A stretch of DNA of 32,000 bases from Candidatus Peribacter riflensis (lineage in GTDB: Bacteria > Patescibacteriota > Gracilibacteria > Peribacterales > Peribacteraceae): contig CP013062.1 in NCBI GenBank assembly GCA_001430755.1, positions 840,001 through 872,000 of the forward strand, in the 5' to 3' direction. Positions 1 through 8,393 of the stretch are shown here, one piece after another (positions within the stretch are counted from its first letter, which is position 1; every line of letters begins with the position of its first letter). The notes beneath the pieces are model-generated. The model was not told the DNA's origin, made no database searches, and worked only from the letters and a program-made list of their open reading frames with translations. Position numbers and translations under genes: made by a program.

Positions 1-3000
1 GTGGCTGCAAGCCCGGCTGCCGTATTGGCTGTGCGGAGCTTCTGCGCCATCTCCCGATCGTCAAAAACACGTCCGACATTGGAATCGATCACTTTATTCA
101 CGCCCTGCAGGCTGACCTCCACTCCGGTAACTTTGTGCTGGTACCTGCCATAAGCCAATCGCGTGAAGTGCGGGTTACGGTCCAGATCCTGGTGTAACTG
201 GTCGATCACTCCGCGCACATGCTTGTCCGCTGCATCGCGCTGCTTCTCGATCTCACCGATCTCCTGATAGTCAGCATAGAGTGCCAGGCCCTGCAGGCCG
301 ACTCCCCCCACGTACGCCGCACGGGCGAACGGCGATGCTGATCGCCAGCTATTCATCCAGTGCGCATGCAACCGCCGGGCAGGATAGGTGGCTCCGGTGA
401 GGAGCGTATTGCCGGCTGCCGCCGTCCGATCGACGAGCCCGACGTTCATCAGCGGCCGTGCACCGAGGCGGACGGCTTTCCGCAACGACGATTCTGTCGC
501 CACCCGGCTCGCCCTGCTGATGAGTTCATCGAGCTGCACAATCGCCGGGTCCCCGACGGGAAGCTTCGCCTTTTCGGCCTGTAGGAAATCGACGAGCTGC
601 TCCCATGCCCTCCTGGAATCAAGCGGGCGCATGGTCCGCACGAACTGGTCGCAGAGACGGTTCCCCATTTCAGCCGTCGCAGGCTGTTCCACGAGACCGT
701 TAATGATTTCGTCCATCTTCTTGATGACTGCATTGGCATCGCGCACGGCAGATGGGCTTGCGCGCCAGGGATGCAGAATCGTGTTATCGAGTGTCCGCAT
801 GAAAATATTCCTCGCCTGTGTTCTCCCCGAGGCATCTCCAAGACGGCGGAGCACACGATATGGACGTGTGGAGAGGTGGGAGTACATCTTGGCGGCATAG
901 GCAGCGACCCCGGTGAGGGGATAGGCGATCCAGGGATGTTCCCCGTAGATCGTATGCAGAACACCGGCAGTTTCGCGCGCTGTGGCAGCGGCGGCTCCGA
1001 GAGCGGCCTTCGCACCTGCAACAGTGAGGAAACTGATGGCCCGCTTGGCCTTGTCGAACACCTCCGGCGGCACGTCGACGAAACTCTTCTGCCACTCATC
1101 GGCACCCTCGGCAAGGGCCAATCTGCCGATGCGGTCGAGCATCGTCGTATCGCGGTAGCCATCCACGCTCGTGTCGTTCTTTCCGACATAGCGGAAAATT
1201 TCCACCTGAATCAGCAAAAGCCCGGTGGGATTCCCCTTTTGCACCATGCGCTGGTAGAGGAACAGGCGAACAGCCTGCGCCAGCGACATGCGATCGAGCA
1301 GTATTTCGGATACATGCTGGCGGTTTTCCGCCTCGCTGCCGCTCCAATCCCGATCGGGGAATAGCTTATGGAAGAACGGGAGGATGAAGGAAGGTGTTTC
1401 GCCCTCAATGGTATTGCAGACATCCGCCAGAAGCTCGCGCACGGGATCGCCTTCCTGGCCGGCCTGAGTGGACTTCTCCTGCGCCATCTTCTCCAAAAAT
1501 CCGTGCACCGACGTTTCACCCTCGCGCACAGCCACTTCGACCACGTGCATCGGATCAATATCCTTGAATCGCTCAGTGAGGACACCGGGCTTCTTGCGGT
1601 AGGCATCGATTTGCGAAGTGAGCTCGTGGCGGACGGCACCGCTGCGAATGAAGAGCGCTTCCGGCTTGAGCGCGTCTTTCAGATTTTCCACTCCAGTGAC
1701 CGCCACGGTCTCCACCACCATCGCCAGAGATTCCGCGCCGCGCGCAAAGGCATCGACGTACTCATCCACGGTCAGCTCGCCGATTTGCTCTTCAGTGAGG
1801 TCGGGGCGCAACCGGTGCAATTCTTCCCGCGCTTTCCAGCACACTTCGATCACATAGAACGCGGCCGCCTCGCGCCGGTCGAAATCTTCATTGAGAACCC
1901 GAACGCGATTGCGATCAATGGCAATGTCCCGCACGCCCTGCGTGCTCTCGTCGACGTGTACGCATTCGAAGAAATCTTTCACTTTGCGCTGCTTGTTGTG
2001 TCCGATGAAATCGTTCACCTGTGTGGGGATGATGGCGCCATACTTCGCACTGGGCGGATACAGAGCCATGATGCCTTTTGCGAGAAGTGCTTCGCCCGCC
2101 ACTTCCGCGGCCTCGCGCGTGAGCTCTGTCGCCTTCTGCGTGCGCGTCTCGGCTTCACCGCTCTTGGATTGTGCAGTCGGCTGAGTGCGCCGCTCCTCAA
2201 GGGCACGATCGCACTCTGCAATTTTCTCCGCCAACTTGCGCTTCTCCTCTTGAAGCTCCTCCAGTTTCTCCTCCGCAAGCCCGGCCCCCTTCTGAATCGC
2301 TGATTCCACGCGGGCAAGTTGCTCCTCGGCCATTTGCTTTGCAGCCAGCACTTTCTCTTTCGCTGCATCCTTGATGTCACCAACGAACTCCTTCATGCGC
2401 CTCTCCCAAATTTTGAATCCGAGGTAACCGAGTGCGCCGGCAACCACAAGCCCTCCACCGACAAGCAAAGTGTTTCTGAGCCAATGAGCTCCTTCTTTTG
2501 TCTTCTCCACCACTTCTTTGGTCCCGCCCCACAACCATTTCACCAGTCGATACCCACCATACGCGAACGCCGCCACCCCAAGCCCGACGCTCACCGCTTT
2601 CACTGCGGGCGGAGTTTGATCCCAGTACTTTCCTGCCTGCTCCCAACCGCGTGTCCAGAGGCTCTTCTCCGGTTCAGCAGGAGAGGAACCTGTAGACACT
2701 TCTTCACCGGTCTCAGGAGATGGAACGGATTCCGGTGCAGGTGCAGACACCACCGGACGTGCCTCGGGCGGAGCGGAGAGCGCCGTGCGCATGCGTTCCA
2801 CTTTGGCGAGCACTTTCACCTGATCGGTCTGCGTCTTTGCCCGCTGTTCGATGCGTTCACTCAGGCGCTTCATATTCACGCCGACGATCTGACGCTGTTT
2901 GGTGTCGAGCTTCTGCCCCTCCGCCACGACCGCGCGGTACACGTCGGATTCTTCGGGCAACTCCGCCACGGTCTTTTCGAGGTCCTCCTCATTCACATGT

Positions 3001-3164
3001 TCATCCGTCAGCCGTTCCAGCACCGTCTGCGGCTGTTCACGGGGAGCCTCGGGGCTCTGCGGTCCCTGCCGAAAGACGAGGCGCGCCTCGCGGAGCCACG
3101 GCGGTCGCGACCGCCCGTGGCGGAGCGACTCGGTATCCCGATGAGAAAAGAGTGGAAGGAACAT
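1..3164 (-). CDS. large orphan membrane-associated protein, N-terminal 1054+ codons (3' end lies beyond the left window edge)
   Basis: Absent from the ORF track because it has no stop inside the window. I translated the minus strand codon by codon from ATG 3164..3162 to base 1 and met no stop. Product starts MFLPLFSHRDTESLRHGRSRPP. It has an acidic/Pro-rich stretch (APPEARPVVSAPAPESVPSPETGEE), two hydrophobic helices (AVKAVSVGLGVAAFAYGGYRLVKWLW; LLVGGGLVVAGALGYLGFKIW) and a coiled-coil-like KLEELQEEKRKLAEKIAECDRALEERR. More than 700 further residues have no motif I recognise. All track ORFs overlapping it are Arg/His/Leu-rich shadow ORFs. Confidence 0.75.
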   Translation of the reverse strand, partial: MFLPLFSHRDTESLRHGRSRPPWLREARLVFRQGPQSPEAPREQPQTVLERLTDEHVNEEDLEKTVAELPEESDVYRAVVAEGQKLDTKQRQIVGVNMKRLSERIEQRAKTQTDQVKVLAKVERMRTALSAPPEARPVVSAPAPESVPSPETGEEVSTGSSPAEPEKSLWTRGWEQAGKYWDQTPPAVKAVSVGLGVAAFAYGGYRLVKWLWGGTKEVVEKTKEGAHWLRNTLLVGGGLVVAGALGYLGFKIWERRMKEFVGDIKDAAKEKVLAAKQMAEEQLARVESAIQKGAGLAEEKLEELQEEKRKLAEKIAECDRALEERRTQPTAQSKSGEAETRTQKATELTREAAEVAGEALLAKGIMALYPPSAKYGAIIPTQVNDFIGHNKQRKVKDFFECVHVDESTQGVRDIAIDRNRVRVLNEDFDRREAAAFYVIEVCWKAREELHRLRPDLTEEQIGELTVDEYVDAFARGAESLAMVVETVAVTGVENLKDALKPEALFIRSGAVRHELTSQIDAYRKKPGVLTERFKDIDPMHVVEVAVREGETSVHGFLEKMAQEKSTQAGQEGDPVRELLADVCNTIEGETPSFILPFFHKLFPDRDWSGSEAENRQHVSEILLDRMSLAQAVRLFLYQRMVQKGNPTGLLLIQVEIFRYVGKNDTSVDGYRDTTMLDRIGRLALAEGADEWQKSFVDVPPEVFDKAKRAISFLTVAGAKAALGAAAATARETAGVLHTIYGEHPWIAYPLTGVAAYAAKMYSHLSTRPYRVLRRLGDASGRTQARNIFMRTLDNTILHPWRASPSAVRDANAVIKKMDEIINGLVEQPATAEMGNRLCDQFVRTMRPLDSRRAWEQLVDFLQAEKAKLPVGDPAIVQLDELISRASRVATESSLRKAVRLGARPLMNVGLVDRTAAAGNTLLTGATYPARRLHAHWMNSWRSASPFARAAYVGGVGLQGLALYADYQEIGEIEKQRDAADKHVRGVIDQLHQDLDRNPHFTRLAYGRYQHKVTGVEVSLQGVNKVIDSNVGRVFDDREMAQKLRTANTAAGLAA

Positions 3165-3173
3165 GAGGGATAG

Positions 3174-3380
3174 TTATCGATGGAAGATCGCGCGGGCGAA
3201 TCCGCGAACGGCTTTCCCGGCTGCGCGCACCGTCCTGCCCGCAACTGTGCCCCCGACATCCGCCGCCAGTTCGACCCCGTTCATCACGCCATTCACAAGC
3301 GTGGAGACGCCGCTCCGGATTCGAGAGACTGGACCCGCTCCGCCTTCACCCAGATGTTCTGCATGGTGTGTGTGTTGCAT
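3174..3380 (-). CDS. 68-aa Gly/Ala/Val-rich small protein (hypothetical)
   Basis: Track ORF MQHTHHAEHLGEGGAGPVSRIRSGVSTLVNGVMNGVELAADVGG... Its ATG lies 8 nt after the stop of the upstream gene. Its TAA lies 9 nt before, and in frame with, the ATG of the giant ORF. Third codon positions are mostly G/C, as in neighbouring genes. No homology recognised. Confidence 0.4.
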   Translation of the reverse strand: MQHTHHAEHLGEGGAGPVSRIRSGVSTLVNGVMNGVELAADVGGTVAGRTVRAAGKAVRGFARAIFHR

Positions 3381-3388
3381 AGCGAAAA

Positions 3389-4702
3389 TCAGGAAACTTG
3401 TTTCAAAGAAACTTTCTCATTCTCAAAACCCCGCTCTCCCCTCAAATGCTTGCGCAAAAAATCTTCCAGCACGCTGCGCGCGATGAGCTGTGTATCGGAA
3501 ATGATGAAGCTTCCCGTACATTCCAGGCTGTTCTTTCCCTTCTGCCACACAAGCTTCGCAATGGATGGGGAAACCCATACATGCGTCCCGAAGATCCCGA
3601 CACCGACGAATTTTCTGGCCTGCAACTTGTAGGTGACGTCGTCGACTTTGATCGTTCCATCGCCCGAGGCAAAGATATCGAAGGTGTGATGATCGAGAGT
3701 GAGTTTTTGAGAAGCTCCCAAGAGATTCATACCATCCGGCATCGTTTCAAAGGTGAAGGCAGACGACGGAGCCGCCTGTCCTTCGGCAGGCTTTGTGCCC
3801 GGGACCGGCGCGGCGGCTATGGGAGCGGCTGCGGGAGCAGCCGGAGTCACTGCAGGTTTTTCTGCGGCAACGATGCCCGCCATGGCGACCATTTCGGCCA
3901 TGGTGAACTCCAGTGAGTTCTTCTGATCTTTGAGGCGTTTCGCCACCTCGCGGATGAAGCCAGAGAAATCCAGATTCGTGTTCCCCCATTCCTTCGCCTG
4001 GTCATAGATCTTCGAGAATTCCTCGACGGATGCCCGCACGTGTTCCTGGGCACCCTGCAGAGCCTGCGTCGCCCCTGCACCGATCTTCACTCCCAGACGA
4101 TTGATCGTGGCATAGAACACACCGTAGTGCCCGACGAGCAGATTGAAGCCGTCTTTCACCCACGCGGGCAGGAGTTTCTCCATTGAGACCACTGCGCCTC
4201 CGAGGGCAATCGCGAGACCTTCGCGGGCCTTGTTGAGCGGGCCTTTCACTCCCTCCCACAGGCGCACGAATCCGTCTCCGACAGCCTTCAATCCACCGAT
4301 GAACGAGTCCCATCCCTTGCCGCCCCACTTCTCGGTGAATGCCCATGCGCCTGTTCCCCATCCCTTGAGCGTCTCTCCGCCTGTAGTGAGATTCCTTCCC
4401 GCCCATTCCATCCAGCCTTCTGCTTTGTGCTCTTCGGCGGGTACAACGGGAGCGGCAGGAGTGCTTTCAGACGCCTGGGGCTGTTCTGCGGGAACCGCTG
4501 CGGGAGCGGCCGACGCCTCCGGCAGATCATTCTTCGCAACATCGCGCGCGGCGCGCGCACGCTCCTCCACGGACTGCTGCTCCGCCAGACGACGTTCCTC
4601 GGACTCGCGGGCAATGCGTTCCGCATCGGTCTCGACGCGTTCCGGAGGTGTGACACCGGACTCCGCGGGCGCGGCAGGTGGTTTGTTTGGATCTTCGTCC
4701 AT
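3389..4702 (-). CDS. orphan protein, 437 aa (paralog-like to 4722..5876)
   Basis: Track ORF 3389..4771. I prefer the internal ATG at 4702 (MDEDPNKPPAAPAE), because the upstream gene ends at 4722 and the first 23 codons would overlap it. Architecture: acidic Pro/Ala-rich N-terminus, Trp/Gly-rich segment (EGWMEWAGRNL..KGWGTGAWAFTEKWGGKGWD), an Ala/Pro linker, then a beta-rich C-terminal module. Confidence 0.8.
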   Translation of the reverse strand: MDEDPNKPPAAPAESGVTPPERVETDAERIARESEERRLAEQQSVEERARAARDVAKNDLPEASAAPAAVPAEQPQASESTPAAPVVPAEEHKAEGWMEWAGRNLTTGGETLKGWGTGAWAFTEKWGGKGWDSFIGGLKAVGDGFVRLWEGVKGPLNKAREGLAIALGGAVVSMEKLLPAWVKDGFNLLVGHYGVFYATINRLGVKIGAGATQALQGAQEHVRASVEEFSKIYDQAKEWGNTNLDFSGFIREVAKRLKDQKNSLEFTMAEMVAMAGIVAAEKPAVTPAAPAAAPIAAAPVPGTKPAEGQAAPSSAFTFETMPDGMNLLGASQKLTLDHHTFDIFASGDGTIKVDDVTYKLQARKFVGVGIFGTHVWVSPSIAKLVWQKGKNSLECTGSFIISDTQLIARSVLEDFLRKHLRGERGFENEKVSLKQVS

Positions 4703-4721
4703 GGACAAGCAGGAGAAAAAA

Positions 4722-5876
4722 CTATGCTTGAATCCGCTCGAAGCGGAAGTCGGTACCGACAACCGGTGCACCGTTGGGATTATTCACGACGGACTCGAGG
4801 AACGGACGCACCTCGGTCATCGCGATAAGCTTGGAGGCATAGGCATTGTTGGCATTGGTTGAACCAACCTGGTAGCTGACGGTGCCATCGATCTGCAGAC
4901 CGTCTTTCGAAAGCACCATGCTGCGCATCTGCCACGTGAGACCGGTCATGCCATCCACTTTGGGAGACAGGCGATAACGGACAGGCGTTCCGGAAGCAAC
5001 AGAGATCAACAGCTCACCATTGGGGCCGGCCTGCATCGAGACGGTCTTGTTCGAGACAGTCATCTTGGCAGGAGTGCCGCCCATGACATTCATCGGAGTC
5101 GCGATCGACTCTAAGGGCGAGACGAATTCGGGCGCCTGCGCCACCTGCCCGGCAAGGACGGGGGGCAACTCGCGGGAAGCGGCAACCATGGCCTGCAGAT
5201 CTTCCACATCGATCTTTGTCTTCGCGCCGTTTCCCTCCTTCTTCTTCCACTCACGCACGACCTCGGTGTAGTAGACCTCGCGGGTGAACGCGGGACCGCG
5301 CGTCTGCGCGAGCACCTTGTACTGCTCGGCCATCTGCATCTGCGCGCCCTCGGCAAGCTCGCTCTTCGCTTGCGCATCGGCATCATCCGGATTGACCGGA
5401 GCGATGGCCAGATTGCCCCTCTTCAGGGCCGACACCAGTTCCGCATAGTCCGCACCCGCCATCTCATTGAGCCACTCCGCCGCCTGCTTGAAGCCGAGCA
5501 TGCCGAGCGTCTTGGCCATGCCACGCAGTGTGGAGGAACCCATCGACTGGATCTGCTTCATGAATTTCTGAACCAGCTCAAACGCCTTCTGCATTCCGTC
5601 ACTGATCTTGTCGAAAGCGCCTTTGTTCGTACCCAAATCCTCCTCCTCAGGCGTACCCGGCTTGGACGGAGGCTGATACTGTTCAAGACGCGATGCGGCG
5701 ACCTCCTGGTGCAACCCCTCTTCGCCTTCCGCAGTGGTGAGTCGGACCTCTTGTCTCTCTTGATCCGACAGAGGAACCTCGGTTCTCTGCGCGGTATCGG
5801 GCGCGGCAGGAGCCTGACTTTCCACCCGACTTTCGGTGTTCTCGGAAATAGGTTTGGGCATGTCCGGAGGTGCCAT
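4722..5876 (-). CDS. orphan protein, 384 aa (paralog-like to 3389..4702)
   Basis: Track ORF 4722..5921. The first Met (5921) lies upstream of the -10 box at 5906..5901, so I start at ATG 5876 (MAPPDMPKPISENTE). The C-terminal module aligns by eye with the downstream gene: PMNVMGGTPAKMTVSNKTVSM / GMNLLGASQKLTLDHHTFDI, and SKLIAMTEVRPFLESVV / TQLIARSVLEDFLRKHL. Confidence 0.8.
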   Translation of the reverse strand: MAPPDMPKPISENTESRVESQAPAAPDTAQRTEVPLSDQERQEVRLTTAEGEEGLHQEVAASRLEQYQPPSKPGTPEEEDLGTNKGAFDKISDGMQKAFELVQKFMKQIQSMGSSTLRGMAKTLGMLGFKQAAEWLNEMAGADYAELVSALKRGNLAIAPVNPDDADAQAKSELAEGAQMQMAEQYKVLAQTRGPAFTREVYYTEVVREWKKKEGNGAKTKIDVEDLQAMVAASRELPPVLAGQVAQAPEFVSPLESIATPMNVMGGTPAKMTVSNKTVSMQAGPNGELLISVASGTPVRYRLSPKVDGMTGLTWQMRSMVLSKDGLQIDGTVSYQVGSTNANNAYASKLIAMTEVRPFLESVVNNPNGAPVVGTDFRFERIQA

Positions 5877-5900
5877 AGATGGTTGTTGGTATGTGATGAA

Positions 5901-5930
5901 ATTATACCACAAAAACCACATTTCTCACAA
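5901..5930 (-). promoter_or_regulatory. sigma70-type promoter with extended -10 (TTGTGA-N18-TATAAT; the last 3 spacer nt TGG give the extended TGnTATAAT)
   Basis: The minus strand reads TTGTGAGAAATGTGGTTTTTGTGGTATAAT. The TATAAT hexamer is at 5906..5901 with TG at 5909..5908. A G-free stretch TTCATCACATACCAACAACCATCT (24 nt) lies between the -10 and ATG 5876, implying a leader of roughly 18 nt. Confidence 0.6.
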
Positions 5931-6006
5931 CCCAGAGAAGCACGCTAGAGTGAGCTGTCACCCTTCCTTCCTAGCCCTAACCCTCACCCTATTCCTACCC
6001 CCTACT

Positions 6007-6345
6007 ATGAACATCCAGCACTTCGAGAAGAACTTCAGCTTCACCGGCCGCGAACTGCCCACCGTCGCGCGCAAAATCGGCAAGATCGCCACGTACTGCA
6101 AGCGTGTGCAGGATGCCGCCTCGTCCATCCGGGTGGAAGTGGAACGGCAGAAAACGCGGAAGGAACGCGATCAGATCATGGTGATGATCACCGTGGAGTT
6201 GCCCGAAAAAGTGCTGCGTGCGGAATCGAGAAAGCAGGACGTGATCGAGGCCTTAGACCGCTGCATCGAGAAGCTGGAACCGCAGCTAAAGCGGTACAAG
6301 GAGTTGAAGATCAGCAAGACGAAGATGCGAAAACGAGCTTCTTAG
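6007..6345 (+). CDS. hpf: ribosome hibernation promoting factor (short HPF/RaiA, S30AE family), 112 aa
   Basis: Internal ATG of track ORF 5836..6345. MNIQHFEKNFSFTGRELPTVARKIGKIATYCKRV...VMITVELPEKVLRAESRKQDVIEALDRCIEKLEPQLKRYKE matches the HPF pattern (beta-alpha-beta-beta-beta-alpha, ...aiD...dKle.QlrkyK). Confidence 0.9.
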   Translation: MNIQHFEKNFSFTGRELPTVARKIGKIATYCKRVQDAASSIRVEVERQKTRKERDQIMVMITVELPEKVLRAESRKQDVIEALDRCIEKLEPQLKRYKELKISKTKMRKRAS

Positions 6346-6349
6346 GTTG

Positions 6350-6391
6350 CCCGCCCGAACGTACCCGTTCGGTACGGGCGGGTAGCTTTTT
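6350..6391 (+). terminator. rho-independent terminator after hpf
   Basis: A GC-rich imperfect hairpin CCCGCCCGAACG-TACC-CGTTCGG..GCGGG starts 5 nt after the hpf stop. It is followed by AGCTTTTT. Confidence 0.6.
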
Positions 6392-6488
6392 AGCTTGTTA
6401 GGGATGGGAGTGGTGAATGGAAAAAACGTGAGTGGAAGTGAAACGATGTCCCCAAGAAGCTCATAAGCTCACCAGCTAAAAAGCTCCG

Positions 6489-7523
6489 TCACTCCCACTT
6501 CACTCTGTCGAAACTTGGCAGAACCGTCACCCACGTCTGCCCGGGCTGAAAGAGAAACGGCGATCCGTCTTCCGTTTCGAAGGCGAAAGGACTGAGGAGA
6601 TCTTTCTTGCGCCACACCCCCTCCTGCACCCTGCCACCCGTGAAGAGGAGTGCACCTCCGTGTCCATCGACCGGAATCGTGAGACGGCCCATCTCGCCGA
6701 TGCCCGTCACCGGCATCTCGAGCACGAGCACGTTTCTGGGATGCGCCTGATCTTCCACGGAACCATTGGAACGCGCATACGCATCACCGATCCGTGAATA
6801 GTGGTAGACGATGTCGTGTACAGGATTGTGGAAGTTGAGCTGCACCGTGACGGCACCGGGCGCGTGCACGCTATTGCCGATTGCGTAGGGCGGCCAGGGT
6901 GTCGCGCCGATCGGTGCGCCGGGCAGATCAATGATCTTCGCCCGCTGAATGAAGAGATTGTGCGGCTCCGGGATATCCTCGTCGCGCTCGGCACTGCCGT
7001 AGTGCGAGAGCAGATCAATGGCCGTGATATCGCCGCGACGTGCCTTGCCGTAGGCCTCGGGGCTCGCACCGGCATGAATCACGGTCGAGACAAACGGCTG
7101 CAGTGCATCGATAAAGTATGGCCGCAGCGACCTCACCGGACCAATGCGCTGGGGCAGGTCATCCGCATCGAACACCACGGCGAACCGCGAGATGAATCCC
7201 TCCACCGGAAACTCCCACACGAGCAGTGCGTCGTCGATCCCCTCCTGGTGCGGCCGCGCTCCTTCGTGATTTTCGACCATCACCGCCAACAGCCGCTTGC
7301 GCGGCACGTCGCTGGGAATCCGCAGGTTGGAAAGAATCGTCGCGTCACTGAAGGCGCCCCCCGACTGCCGATGCCGTGTTGGCTCCCAACCTGCCATGGA
7401 AACCGATGAGCCCGGAACGATCAAGCACACCAGAAAGGCACTGCCGAAGAAAACTGCAAGCACGATGGCGGCTGCAACGCTCAGGGAACGGGCCTGCTCA
7501 CGGGTGAGAAAGTTCTGCTGCAT
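6489..7523 (-). CDS. DUF3048 domain protein (YerB-like), N-terminally membrane-anchored
   Basis: N-terminal TM segment LSVAAAIVLAVFFGSAFLVCLIV, followed by RLLAVMVENHEGARPHQEGIDDALLVWEFPVEGFISRFAVVF...IGPVRSLRPYF. This is the characteristic DUF3048 core. Confidence 0.85.
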   Translation of the reverse strand: MQQNFLTREQARSLSVAAAIVLAVFFGSAFLVCLIVPGSSVSMAGWEPTRHRQSGGAFSDATILSNLRIPSDVPRKRLLAVMVENHEGARPHQEGIDDALLVWEFPVEGFISRFAVVFDADDLPQRIGPVRSLRPYFIDALQPFVSTVIHAGASPEAYGKARRGDITAIDLLSHYGSAERDEDIPEPHNLFIQRAKIIDLPGAPIGATPWPPYAIGNSVHAPGAVTVQLNFHNPVHDIVYHYSRIGDAYARSNGSVEDQAHPRNVLVLEMPVTGIGEMGRLTIPVDGHGGALLFTGGRVQEGVWRKKDLLSPFAFETEDGSPFLFQPGQTWVTVLPSFDRVKWE

Positions 7524-7540
7524 TGCATGAGGAAAATTGC

Positions 7541-8248
7541 TTACTCGTCTTTGCCTTTCTTCTCTTTCTTGACCGGAGCCGCTGCAGCTGCAGGAGCTGC
7601 CGCGCCCTCCGCTGCCGGAGCGCCCTCCGCACCCGCCACCGCCCCCTCGGCCGGTACTCCTTCGGCCGTAGCCGCCGGAGCCACCACGACTTCCTCTTCC
7701 TTACGCTGCTCCTGCGCGATCACGAGCACGGCATCGGCGCGATCCAAGACCTTCACCCCTGCCGGAACAATCAGGTCCGCAACCGTGAGAACGTCGCGCA
7801 ACTGCGCGAGCTTGGTGAGCGAGGCTTCGAGCGCATGCGGGAGTGCCGTCGGCAGACAGCGCACCGTGACGTGATTCTGGACCGTGACGATGACGGCGGC
7901 GAACTCTTTGACCGCGAGAGACTCGCCCGTGAAGTGCACCGGTACGGGGGCCTCAATCTCCTTCTTCAAGTCTACGGCGTAGAAATCGACGTGCGCGATC
8001 TTGCCCGAAACGGGATCGAACTGAATCTCATGGAAGAGCACCGGCACCTTCTTGCCATCGACATCGAGATCCACAAGTGTATTCGTCCCGGCCTTCACGT
8101 ACGCCTTCGAAAGCTCCATGGAGACGCACTGGAACGCCGCATTTTGCACCTTATTGCCGTAGAGGATGCACGGCACGGTGTTCTTGCGCCTCAGCTCATT
8201 CGGGGAACCCTCCCCTCGGGCCGTTGCTTTCAGCGGAACCATTTCCAT
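7541..8248 (-). CDS. rplY: 50S ribosomal protein bL25 (Ctc form) with Ala/Glu/Pro-rich C-terminal tail
   Basis: RKNTVPCILYGNKVQNAAFQCVSMEL...GKIAHVDFYAV...VPVHFTGESLAVKE is typical of the L25/Ctc N- and C-domains. The tail is APAATAEGVPAEGAVAGAEGAPAAEGAAAPAAAAAPVKKEKKGKDE. Confidence 0.9.
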   Translation of the reverse strand: MEMVPLKATARGEGSPNELRRKNTVPCILYGNKVQNAAFQCVSMELSKAYVKAGTNTLVDLDVDGKKVPVLFHEIQFDPVSGKIAHVDFYAVDLKKEIEAPVPVHFTGESLAVKEFAAVIVTVQNHVTVRCLPTALPHALEASLTKLAQLRDVLTVADLIVPAGVKVLDRADAVLVIAQEQRKEEEVVVAPAATAEGVPAEGAVAGAEGAPAAEGAAAPAAAAAPVKKEKKGKDE

Positions 8249-8393
8249 AAAGCCCGAAAAGGGTACGGGAGAGAAAGCGGCTGGTCAACGTCCTACAAGA
8301 GATTTCTACTCATTCCAAGATTGATCACACGAACCAAGCAACATCGAATAAAGCTAGTGATGCCTCCAGTATTACTGATTGGTTCAATAATTC

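Noticed and set aside
360-3632. Numerous plus- and minus-strand track ORFs (e.g. 1368..2303+, 2319..3173+, 449..1189-, 1211..1639-)
   Set aside because: All overlap the uninterrupted minus-strand frame 3164->1, which gives a protein-like sequence (TM helices, coiled coil, balanced composition). The listed ORFs are Arg/Pro/His-rich and fragmentary.
5975-5990. CCCTAACCCT read as a telomeric repeat or linear-replicon end
   Set aside because: There are only 2-3 degenerate units, embedded between ordinary genes in the middle of the contig. Similar short motifs are scattered in many intergenic regions, so this is a dispersed motif and not a telomere.
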